Shown: in pieces, positions 1-14,526 of the stretch
Layout of the letters: every line of letters starts with the position of its first letter
Numbering within the stretch: the stretch's first letter is position 1
Origin: Salpingoeca rosetta
Taxonomy: Eukaryota > Protista > Choanoflagellata
Direction: 5' to 3'
Assembly: GCA_033442325.1 (NCBI GenBank)
Contig: JAWQFM010000001.1
Location: 1,835,479-1,899,478 of the forward strand
Length of the DNA stretch: 64,000 bases
The notes under the pieces: model-generated
Seen by the model: only the letters and a program-made list of their open reading frames with translations
The model's database searches: none
Told to the model about the DNA's origin: nothing
Program-made: the position numbers and the translations under genes

Positions 1-210
1 GGGGGGTGGGGGGCGTACGTCTACTGCTCGTGTGCGTGGGATACGTGTCACAATGAATGTATCACCGCGCTCCGCGCGGGGGGGGAGCAATACAGAGTCT
101 CATAGCATCACAGATAGACACTACAAGACAGAGAGAGAGAGAGATAGAGCGCGATATCTGGAGAGAAAAAAGAAAAAGAAAATGAGTATATAGTCGTGGC
201 CGGTCTGAGA

Positions 211-212
<2 letters not shown>

Positions 213-281
<69 letters not shown>

Positions 282-284
282 GAC

Positions 285-372
<88 letters not shown>
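213..372. repeat. (GA)n microsatellite
   Basis: Long near-perfect GA run. Confidence 0.95.
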
Positions 373-375
<3 letters not shown>

Positions 376-436
376 CACAGAGGGAGACACACACACAGAC
401 ACAGACAGACAGACAGATAGACAGACATTCACACAC

Positions 437-731
437 CTTGAAGTTATGTGCTGCTTGTACACTGCTGAATAGCGCCTCAAACACGTTTGAATCCTTGCAT
501 CGAATCACAACCCCCTTGGCGGCTGAAAATGGACACAGTGTTGGGGCCATTGCGACAATGAATGCAAGTAAGTTGTCCGTTGTGCGTGTGGCGTTCGAAT
601 TGTTCCCTGCTGGCGTCAGTCAAGACTTGNNNNNNNNNNNNNNNNNNNNNNNNNNNNNNNNNNNNNNNNNNNNNNNNNNNNNNNNNNNNNNNNNNNNNNN
701 NNNNNNNNNNNNNNNNNNNNNNNNNNNNNTA

Positions 732-791
<60 letters not shown>

Positions 792-1471
792 ACACGCGTG
801 CATTCACATGCACACACGGAGGGTGAGTTGCAGGATTCGTACCTGCATCTGAATCTGTCGCAAACTGCAGAATCACAATCACGTTCTTGTTCTCTTGCTC
901 CCTGCATAGCAACGCAAACACGTCAGCAGTGGCGGGTCAAGCAAGACAAGGACAGCATAGTGCAGGCGCGCACATGTACATGTGTGTGTGCATCTTTGTA
1001 CACGTGCGTGCATGTGTGTGTGTGCATCTTTGTACACGTGCGTGCATGTGTGTGTGTGTGCATCTTTGTACACGTGCGTGCATGTGTCGGTGTGTGTCAA
1101 TACATGTGCGCACATGTGCGCGTGCATGTGCACACATGGTTCTCACGTTGGTCTGCCAACACCGAAGACGTTGAGGAAGCGGTCTTGACAGAGAATCTCA
1201 CGGCCCTTGGACATGATCTATTGAATGGAGCCAAGGTGGATTGGTTCATGGCAAAGATGGCGATGGCGCATCCCGTGAGCGGCGCGCAATGCAGCACTTG
1301 ACAACAGCTTCTCCGCACACACACACATACATACGCACACACACACACACACGTATACACACACACGTATGCACACACACACATACATACGTACACACAT
1401 ACCGTGAAGCCGTCGAGGGAGAGATAAATGTGCGCTTTTTCTGGTGGAGCAACTGCAGCCGCCGCCAACGC

Positions 1472-1528
<57 letters not shown>

Positions 1529-1965
1529 GAAACACAAAGAAACAAAACACAAAATGAACACATGCGCACATGAGAGCAGTAACGGCAATGTGCCTCATGC
1601 ATTCATGCGTTCATGCACGTAGATACGATTGTGCGCGTGCGTGGCTGATGTGCTTTTTGGTGGACGTGGTGTTGGCAAAACAGGGAATACCTTCTGCGCC
1701 ATTTCGTCAATGACGGAGCCCTCGGTGCGAATCGCCTCATCCTTGATCGTCGCCATAAACTCAACACCCGCATCGACAAGCTGTCACATCACGCCACATG
1801 CACGCGCAAGCAAAGGTGCAAATGGTGGGATAAGCGGCAATAAGAGGACGTGCGCTCGCGTAAACGGTTCACCACAAAACGCAGCAGGTAAACACAGACA
1901 GACACAGAGAGAGCCACAGAGAGACACACACACATACACACACACACAGGCTGACAGACACATAT

Positions 1966-2048
<83 letters not shown>

Positions 2049-2186
2049 CACACACCGCTGTGTTTCCTGATCCTTTCTTTCGCCTGAGGAAGGTGAGGGA
2101 CTTCTTCCTGATGGTGGAAAACACGCCTGACATGCTTCGCTTCGACTCGCCCGTCGGCGCCGCTGTCGATGCCGAAGATGCACCAG

Positions 2187-2217
<31 letters not shown>

Positions 2218-2298
2218 CTGTGCCTGTGGGGGCTGGTTCGCGGCAGGCGTTTGCGTCTGTTGTGGCGGTAACGAAGAGAGGGGTGGCGGTGGCGGTGC

Positions 2299-2337
<39 letters not shown>

Positions 2338-3229
2338 TTGCTGGTGTGTTGGTGGGGGAGCTGTGGGCAGCGGCGGGGGCGCCGGGTCCAGCGGTGACGA
2401 TTGCACGGGAAGGTCGCTCGGTTGCCCTGCACAGACATACGGCCCAGCACAGGCACACGGGTGAGCAAGGGGGGGGGGGTGGTGATGTGACGCACTTGGC
2501 ACATCCACGTGCAAATGAAACCACACAAAACACGAAACGAGACTCGCGAGCATCGGAGCGCACGCGCACACACACACAAACACACAACCACACAGACACA
2601 GATACAGACAAACACAAACAGACAGACAGGCAAACAACACAAACAGACAAACAAACAGACAGACAGACAGACACACACACACACACACTGACGTGAGGGT
2701 CCTGGGGACGTGCTTGAGGAGGTGGTGGAGAGGGTGGGTGGTACTGGCATGCTTGCTTGCTGTTGGAACTGCGGATCATGTGCGGGCAGCGCTGATGGGT
2801 TTGGCGATCGTGGCGGCAGTGTTGCTGCCTGGCCCTTGTTGTGCACAGTCACCTGAGCAGTGCAGGAAGATTAGCACATGAGCGCATGAGCGCATGAGCG
2901 AGTGGGTACGTGTGCGTGAGTGCGTGTGCGTGTGAACATGTGTGTGTGTGTGTGAGCACATGAGCGCATGAGCGAATGGGTACGTGTGCGTGTGAACGTG
3001 TGCGTGAACATGTGTGTGTGTGTGCGAGTGAGTGAAGGAAGGACTACCAGCAGTGACAAAACGTGCATGCCAACTTGCACAGGCAGGTAGCAAACTTCCT
3101 GTCCCCTCTCCACGGTTTCATGACGCACCACATCTGCTTCCAGCGTCTCCTTGTCCACGTACTTTCGCAACGGATACTTCCAGTGTGGTCTGAACAGCAA
3201 AACACACGCACACACAGACAGGTGGACAG

Positions 3230-3312
<83 letters not shown>

Positions 3313-3901
3313 GCACCACAACGTGGACATTGTATCAACGTGAGCAGTTGGGTGAACACAAGTCCGAGCACGCAAAGGCACAGGAGTCGGGATGGCAAGC
3401 TTGGGGGGATTGAACGTACGATGGGCGCGTCATGTGTTGGACGACTTCCGCTAGCGTGGCACTGTTGAAGAACGGCCCCTTGTTGACGTAAAACTCAGGC
3501 CCCTGGCGCTCGATCATAAAGTGGAGCATTCTGCCTTGCGCGGACAAGGAGATGGCAAACTTTCCGGCTCCCGGATCCTTCAGTCGCACAAGAAACAGAC
3601 CCTCTGTGGAGCTGCAAAGAAATGAGGCAACAGCGACGCGCCGCCACCAGCAGCAACAGGGTTGAGGGGCATGAGCGACAACCAACAACGCACTAAGAAC
3701 ACGTTTTTTTGGGGGGGGGGGCAGGAGATCATGTCAGGACAAAGCAATGGCTTGCATTCGAGATCAACAAAACGGCGTTGACACACACGCCGATGTCGTG
3801 CAGACACCCGCCATTCCCCAGCAAAACGGCACCAACCCATTGCTCTCCAGCAGCGCCTCTGCCTCTTGGCGGCTCAGGTAGCCGTGAAGCCAGGGCTCCA
3901 T
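437..3901 (-). CDS. SH2 domain + Pro/Gln-rich linker + PTB/PH-like domain adaptor protein (about 10 exons; 3' end unresolved, may extend past the window start)
   Basis: ATG at 3901. The spliced model keeps frame across the GT-AG junctions. SH2: [22 protein letters not shown]|[52 protein letters not shown], with the FLVR motif. Exons at about 2692-2852 and 2055-2427 are Pro/Gln-rich. Exons at about 1691-1780, 1403-1471, 1147-1217, 843-901 and 437-522 give [75 protein letters not shown], a PTB-like pattern. Confidence 0.75.
630..729. other. Assembly gap (100 N) within an intron, next to a (CA)n run
   Basis: Run of n characters. Confidence 0.99.
980..1087. repeat. Intronic minisatellite of about 32-36 bp (GTGTGTGCATCTTTGTACACGTGCGTGCAT, 3 copies)
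   Basis: Three tandem copies read directly. Confidence 0.8.
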
Positions 3902-4509
3902 GTCTGCCAGTGTTGGAAGAACACACACACACAAGAAGGACAAGGAAGGGCACACGCACCGAAGAAAGAGCATTTGCGAGCATACGGGAGATGGAAAGGG
4001 GGAGGGGGCAAAACAAGCACCGATATCGCAGGTAGTAGTATTGGATGGATGAGCTGACGCAAGCTAGCAAGACGCACACACAACAGCAGGCAAGCCAGTG
4101 TGGTCTGCACAGCGATATCATGTACCCCCTTCCTCCCCAAGCCAAACCAGGACAACCCAGCACAGGACAACCTCGCACAGCAGTATCCATCCACACGCAC
4201 AGCACCAACAAACACCCGCGCACACCAGGACACAGCTGGCCCAGCACACCCAATTCTCAAGGCAGCAAAGAAAGCAATCCCGCCTCACCGCTGCAGTCTT
4301 TCTCGTTTGTTGGGCAGGGTGGACGGCTACGAAAAATGGTGCAAATCATCCACTAATAACCAACACTGCGTCTCGTCTTGTGTGCGCTTTGTGTTTTGGT
4401 TTGGTTGTGGTGAGTTCCACTTCTCCTGCTCACACCAGCCAGCATTCAGCCCCACACCCTCACTCAACACGTTTGCTTGCTTTCGTTTGTCCTCACGTCA
4501 CTCGCTCAG

Positions 4510-6072
4510 ATGCGCGGGATGAGCGCCGTGGTGGCTGTGGTGTGCGTGGCGGTGGTGATGGTCGCAGTCGCGCCGTCGTTGCCCACAGTGCGCGGCTGTG
4601 ACGTTGGCGCTTGCACGTTCTACAACTGCGTGGACGAGCAGACGCAGTGCGGCCCAAGCGGGTACGCCATCGGCTACGGCTTGAAGTACTGCGACAAGTT
4701 CACGGCCGCACAGTCCAGCTTCAGTGACCAGGGCAAAGTCTGGGTGGCGGAGACGAAGCAGTGCCTTCAGCAGGAGCTGGAGGACTACGTCACCGCCATG
4801 CAGCGGGATCCCGGCGCGTCCTTCCCCTTTGACAAGGCGCAGTGCGACAGCATGCGCAGGGCCGCCATGAACTCGCATGTCAAGTGCTACACGGGCGGCA
4901 GCGTGTCCGTGTGCTCGCTGCGTGTGTCGGACTGGGTTCGCATTTTGAAGACCATCCACGAGGCGTTTGGCGACGCCTTCCTCAACACGGTGAAGCAGAG
5001 CCTGTCCACGGCCAAGCAGTGCGCCGGCTCCCTGTTCGCCTCCTTTGGGTCGGGCCTGTTCCGGTTTGCTGTCAATCCAGATGACTCCCGCTCTCGCCGC
5101 GATTGGTCGCCGGAAGACTACGCCGCACACCGGGCGGCACTGCGCCAGCACGTGAACCGCGTGCGCATGCAGCTGTCGCAGCTGCTGCACGTGGCCGAGT
5201 CAAACATCTTCGTGGACGTGTCCCAGGTTGGGGAGATGGACGGGAACGGCATGGACACGTACGTGGATGGCCCAGAGGACGCGATGCACATGGACGATCT
5301 TCCCACCACCAGGCGCACGTTTGATATTGTGGTCCACATCCTCCACGAGGGCGGGCGGGCCCACAACCTCACGTCTGCGGTCGTGGATGCGGTCGACCGC
5401 GGCACCGTTGATCTTCGCGACCTGCTTCCAAGCGAGCACCGCGAGAGCGCTGTGCTGCTTGGCTCTGGTGCCTCCCTTGGCGGCGCACAGGCCCTTGCTG
5501 CCGCCTCCTCCCCAACAGATGCTGCGTTGTCGTCATCGTCATCACCGCGCTCCGATGCGCGTACAGGCCAGCCAGGCGTTTCCACCGGCGCTGTGGCGGC
5601 GATTGCAGTCGGCTGCGTTGCAGGCACCCTGCTGGCGGTTCTTGCGTTGCTTCGCGTCACAGGGTGCGTCATTGTGTATGTGCGTGTGTGCGTGTGTGCG
5701 TGTGTGCGTGTGCGTGTGCGTGTGCGCGTGCGCGTGCGTGTGCGCGTGCGTGTGCGTGTGCGTGTGCGTGTGCGTGCGTGTTGATGACATACGTGCATCG
5801 TTTGTTTGGTCTATCAATCTCTGTCAGTCAGTCAGTCACTCACACACACACACACTCTCTCTCTCACTATCACCCTCTTTGCGTGTCAATGTCTACATGT
5901 CGCACCAACCACTTGGTTTGCCATCTTGGTCCACTCTCACCCATTGATCTGCCCGCTGTACACTGCCTTGGGATCTCACGCTTGTAGGCATCGTGTTGTG
6001 CGGGAGACGGCGAAACCCTCTGCCGATTCAAAACATCAGCTGCTGCTGGACAACGCACACAACGACATCTGA
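4510..6072 (+). CDS. Type I membrane protein with an N-terminal stanniocalcin-like domain (exons 4510-5663, 5988-6072)
   Basis: Signal peptide MRGMSAVVAVVCVAVVMVAVAPSLPTVRG. Ten-Cys domain containing CDKFTAAQSSFSDQGKVWVAETKQC and CDSMRRAAMNSHVKCY, with stanniocalcin-like Cys spacing. RSRR site at 5089-5100. TM segment AVAAIAVGCVAGTLLAVLALL. A phase-2 intron (GG|gtgcgt..tag|G) leads to the tail HRVVRETAKPSADSKHQLLLDNAHNDI*. Confidence 0.8.
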
Positions 6073-6810
6073 AGCACCACGTCCTGTCACATGATGGCGA
6101 CCCAGCATCGCGCCCACACACGTTACAGCATTCTGTTTGTTCACTTGATTTAGTAGCTGAAGCGCGCAAAACAACCACACCATCGAGATTCGCTGCTTGG
6201 CACCACTTCCCCGCAACACACACACACACATGCGTGCACACTCGCTCACACACTGTGTGTTGTCTCTTGCTTTCCCTTCTTGCACTCATCACTCACTCGT
6301 CATCAACTCCTCCTTGTTCTCCACTTTTCTTTTATACTTTGCGTGACACACACACACACACACACACACAATGGCCGTGCCTTGCAAGTTACCGAGTGCC
6401 CAATACACAAACACATACGCACGCACGCTGCCTCTTCGTCTGTACCACAAACAGAAATGCTTGTTCACATACATGAGTGCGCGCTCAAGCCACAACAGCA
6501 CAGCAACACGAGCTGCATTCATCCAAGAGTCTTGGCACATTGCACTGTGCAGCCCACCAGTGCAGCCGCTCAAATCACACAACAATAACAACAATGCACA
6601 GCACAAAACGCGTCGAATGTTGAGGTAAGATATGGTGAAAATTCTACATTCTTCTGCTTTGCCAGCACCACCCACCCGCCCGCGAAGCATTCATTCACCA
6701 CCCCCCGACCAGCAGATAGCATCACACGTTGCACACCTACGCAGGCCGGAACGAGACAGTGTTGGAACCCTCCTTGCTCTCCGCCCAACAACCGCTTACC
6801 CACCAGCATC

Positions 6811-9979
<3,169 letters not shown>

Positions 9980-10684
9980 AGGGCGACGATAAGAGACACC
10001 TGGCACATGCTCAGTTGGCCAGTGAATTGGTTGCCAAAGCACGGCCGTGGTGGGCCTCCTCTGCTCGTTGTGTGTTGTTGATACTTGGGTATGTGTGTTG
10101 GTTTGATGACGCCACGAGGTGGCTCGTACTTGCTGCTTGTTTCTTCTTGCCTTGCTCCGTGTTGGGTGCTGCTGAACTGTGTCGTCTTGCGGCAGCGCAG
10201 TGTTGTGCTCGCTCTCTCGCTTGCTAGTCGTTCATTCCTGTGTTTGTGAGTGAGTGTGGCTGTGTGGCTGTGTGGCTGTCTGTCTGTGGTTTTGCGCCCT
10301 CCCCTCCCCCCTCTACCGTGGCACGCCACGTCTGAGTAATCATAAATTGGTCGCATCTGTGCACCCATGTTTACTTCGAGAAGAGCAGCGAAGTCTGAGG
10401 TTGTGCACATCGTCATCATCGTCATCCAACTCACCGTCACACATTCATGTCACAGTCACAACCAGCACATGAACAGCAGGTTTGCAAGTTGTGGTGATGA
10501 TGCAAAGCGACAAAGACAAGCCAAATACCACAATACACAACACACAAACAGAAGACGACACGGCAGCACACCGTGTTGCGCATGCGTGTGTGTGTGTGTG
10601 TGTCTTCTCGCATCACAAAGGTCTGGGTCGGGTGGATGAACGCTCGATTCACAAGTGCTGGTTGGAGGGGGGTTTGGTGCTCAT

Positions 10685-12033
10685 TTACTCGCTAACAACG
10701 CGGGTGTAGATGCGCTGGCCGTTGTGCTGGACAACCTCGCGGATCTGACCCTTGGCAAGGAGCTCCTTGAGCGCCTTGTTGGCAAGGGACGCCTTGATCT
10801 TCATGCGGTCGGACACAATGGAGGGGGTGATGAGCTTGTACGAGGGGACCTCCTTGAGGAGCTTCTGGTACACGTCCTTCTTGAAGAGGCACGCGTTGTT
10901 GAGCTTGTCGCGGGTCTTGCCCTTGGACCACTTCTGCACTCATGAAATGTTTGAGGGGGGAGGAGGAGGAGAGGAGAACGTGTACACAAAGGAAAACAGA
11001 TGGAAGGCGGAAGCAGCAGCAGCAGCCCAACCATGGAAGGACATGGTGGCAAGTGGGCAAAAGTATGTACAAAAAAAAAAGGCAACAAACAAGGCAAGAA
11101 GCGTGCGCGCGGTGTGGGAATATAGGGTGAGCGTGTGACTGGGTGGGTATTCCGTACAGAAAACACAAGCACGAGCAAAATTGACGCAACGGCACAGGTG
11201 CACGTCGGGCCAAAACCAACCAACAAACAACACAGCGCCGGTGTGGCTCGTTTGTACCTCCCTCCCACACAACAAACAGCAAACATATTGCAACAGAAAC
11301 ACGAATGCGGTGCATCGCTCACACGTGACATCCAACAGGCGAGCATGCGTACCTTGCCAGCCTTATCAAGGGTAACAAAGAATCGTGGTGTTGATGGCGG
11401 GTGGACAATGGCGGCGTAAGTGCCAGGTCGAGATGCACAGCAGGCAGCACAAGAAACAAGGAGAGAACCAGGAGTGAGTGAGCGTGTGTGAGTGGGATGT
11501 GTCTGAGAGAAGAAGACGTACAGCAAATAACGTTTGTGGTGGGCGTGTTCAGGTTTAAGCTTGAGCACGCTCAGCAGCCACCGCGGCGAAAGTGTCGCCT
11601 AAGCCCTTATGGTCATCATCACGACCAGCATCATCATGATAAAGTGCTTGCATCTCTCGCATCCGTCATCATCGTGAGAGGCGCTGCGCTGGCTGGTGCT
11701 GTTGTGTTGTGTTGTCGCCCATATGTCTCGATCGAATCAGCGCTGGCCCTCCAACCAGCCCACAGGTGTTCGTCGCTGCCAATGCAGCTGCTCTTGTTGC
11801 TGGTGGTGGTGCTGGGGAGCTGCTGCCGCTTCGTGCATCAATCCGTGCGCCGTGCCACTTGTTCTGTCGCCGTGACGACGTCATGTCGTGTGGCTTTGTC
11901 GCCACGAGATGCAGGAACAGCAGCACTCCATTGCTGCTGCTGTGCGCAGCGCACGGCCCTTCTCCTATACCACCACCACCAACACGGCCACGAAGCAAGC
12001 CAAGCAAAAGCGGGATGGACAAAGACGCACCAT
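10685..12033 (-). CDS. RPS25: 40S ribosomal protein S25 (main exon 10685-10933 is secure; 5' exons tentative: ATG at 12031-12033 and a 9-nt microexon at 11353-11361)
   Basis: [63 protein letters not shown] matches eS25. The 5' exons are inferred from ATG|gtgcgt and aag|GCTGGCAAG|gtacgc. Confidence 0.9.
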
Positions 12034-12109
12034 GATGGAGGTTGTGTGTGTGTGTGTGTGTGCTCGGAGGGGTGGAAGGAAGGCCTTGCGGGTGAGCTTC
12101 GTAAGCGAC

Positions 12110-12122
12110 AGAGGGAAAAAGG
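12110..12122 (-). promoter_or_regulatory. Candidate TCT/5'TOP polypyrimidine initiator of RPS25
   Basis: CCTTTTTCCCTCT on the - strand, about 80 nt upstream of the putative ATG. Confidence 0.4.
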
Positions 12123-12359
12123 CACGAGTTGGCTGCCCTGTGCTCTGTCGATTGGCGTGGGTGGAAACAGCACGCTGAATTTGCTGAAAGATGGCGTGGA
12201 ATCATTCGCAAATTCTCGTTGAGTCGATTATTTTAGCAAGATATCCGCGTATTTTCAGAACTCGCTGCGGCAACCCGGAACAAGAGGCAACCCGTCGACC
12301 GCAACTGCCACAAACACCGCCTGAACACTGCACAACACGACACAGTAGCCGCTGCCATC

Positions 12360-13111
12360 ATGTCGCAAGTGTTGCCGCTTGAGCTGATTGACAAGTGCAT
12401 TGGCTCCAGGATCCACGTTGTCATGAAGTCTGACAAAGAGCTTGTTGGCTGGCTCAAAGGATTCGACGAGTTTGTGAACATGGTGTTGACAGACGTGACT
12501 GAATTGTAAGTTTTGTGTGTGTGTGTGTGTGAATGTGTGTGTGAATGTGTGTGTGAATGTGTGTGTGAATGTGTGTGTGTGAATGTGTGTGTGTGCGTGC
12601 GTGCGTGCTTGTGCGTGCGTGCTTGTGAATGGGTGTATGCTTACGTACGTGCGTGTATGCTTACGTACGTGCGTGTATGCTTGCGTGCGTGCCCATGTGT
12701 GTTTGTCCTTGTATGCCTGTTTAGCATCGGTCGCCCGCTCACACTTGGTTGTTTTCCTTCGCTTCGCACATGCATGCTCGCATCACACACAGCGAGAATG
12801 GACCCGAGGGCATTGTGACATCGAAGCGAAAGGAGATCCTGTTGAGCGGCACACACATTGCCATGGTACGTGTGTACATGTTTGGGATTTGGAGGTTGCG
12901 GAGACGGCAGGAGGGGAGGGGGGAGGGGAAATTGGTGTTGGTCCCTTTCCCTGCATGTGTGTGCATCTGTGTATGTGCATCTGTGTGTGTGTGTTTGTGT
13001 GTGTGTGCGTCTGTGTGTGTGTTTGTGTGTGTGCATGTGTGTGTGTTTGTGTGTGTGCATGTGTGTGTGCATGTGCGTGCGTGCGTGCGTGCGTGCGTGT
13101 GTGTGTGTGTT

Positions 13112-13171
<60 letters not shown>

Positions 13172-13329
13172 CTTGTTCGGTTGTTCGTTTGATGCATGTT
13201 GTGACAATATGCCTGACGCTTTTTTTCTCCTTCCTTTTGTCCACCTTGTGATTACACACATCACACCACCTCACATCACAACAGCTTGTGCCCGGCGGCG
13301 AAGGACCTGTGGCAACAGAGGAGGCGTAG
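12360..13329 (+). CDS. LSM5: U6 snRNA-associated Sm-like protein LSm5 (exons 12360-12505, 12793-12865, 13285-13329)
   Basis: The spliced product [49 protein letters not shown]|[24 protein letters not shown]|[14 protein letters not shown] matches LSm5. The ORF track misses it. Confidence 0.95.
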
Positions 13330-13438
13330 CTTCAAAGTAACTGTGACACATCACACACTCTTCCATTCACTCTTGATGAGTTATTCTTTTGCTGCTGTAT
13401 TTTGCACCACGCTTTACGTCCAGTGCACGCACCATGCG

Positions 13439-13485
<47 letters not shown>

Positions 13486-13797
13486 TTTCCCCTTCCACCC
13501 ACTTTACCTTTCTGTCTCCCCCTCCCACGCTCTCTCTACCTCTCTCGTTTTCCACAGCAACAGTGCTCATTTCATGTTTTACTGCTGGTGGAAGCACAGT
13601 CACGCACCCATATCACACAGTCAAGTCGCATGCACGCGTACACACATGCATGCTCGGTCAACCCTGTCGTCGACGGCATGCCGCCTCATTTGGCATGCCA
13701 TCCAAAGTCAAGAACAAATAAAAGGCTCAATCGACCCCCACTCTCTCCCTCTCCACTCTCACAACAACCGGCACCAAGCACCCAATCATATGGTTAA

Positions 13798-13871
<74 letters not shown>

Positions 13872-14207
13872 CACACTACACACACACGGTCTACCACACC
13901 CTAAGTCCAGGACAGGACAGGAGTTATTGCCAAATAGGGAAGCTTACGTATGACATGCGCAACTGAGCGTGAGACACAGATGCCGGAAACTACACACGGC
14001 AGGCGAGACTGCTGACGGATTGTCGGCACAGGTCTGTGCTATCCACAGGCTGTATGCACGAATAGAATCCCGTTACGGGACTGCGGAGTCGTCGTGGTCG
14101 CCGCCCGCATCAATATGGTTTATTTAATCTATAATTAGTAGGTAACTGTTTTATGTGATCTTAAAATTTCAGCCACGAGTGAACAACACACACACACTAT
14201 ATACGTA

Positions 14208-14275
<68 letters not shown>

Positions 14276-14526
14276 GCAAGATTACCATCACCACAAGGCA
14301 ATGGTTGTCATGACCACCACCACCACCACCACCACCACCACCACCACAGACCAACAGGGATAGGTGGTGCAAGGAAGAATGCCTCACACAAGAACACCCG
14401 GTCAACAATACAATTACTCACTCACAACACACACGGCCTAGAATCGTGTCCGCCACAACCACCCTCGTTTATCTCCACCATCTCCACCATATTTATGCAC
14501 CATCATCGCCATCGCAAGCATCACCA

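Noticed and set aside
437-6072. SH2/PTB adaptor and STC-like protein as a receptor-adaptor pair
   Set aside because: The predicted cytoplasmic tail has no Tyr or NPxY, so adjacency is the only link.
11956-11965. Additional RPS25 microexon GAGAAGGGCC
   Set aside because: At 10 nt it would shift the frame, and I found no compensating exon.
12188-12196. YY1-like site AAGATGGCG between RPS25 and LSM5
   Set aside because: A single short match, and the presence of a YY1 orthologue in this organism is unverified.
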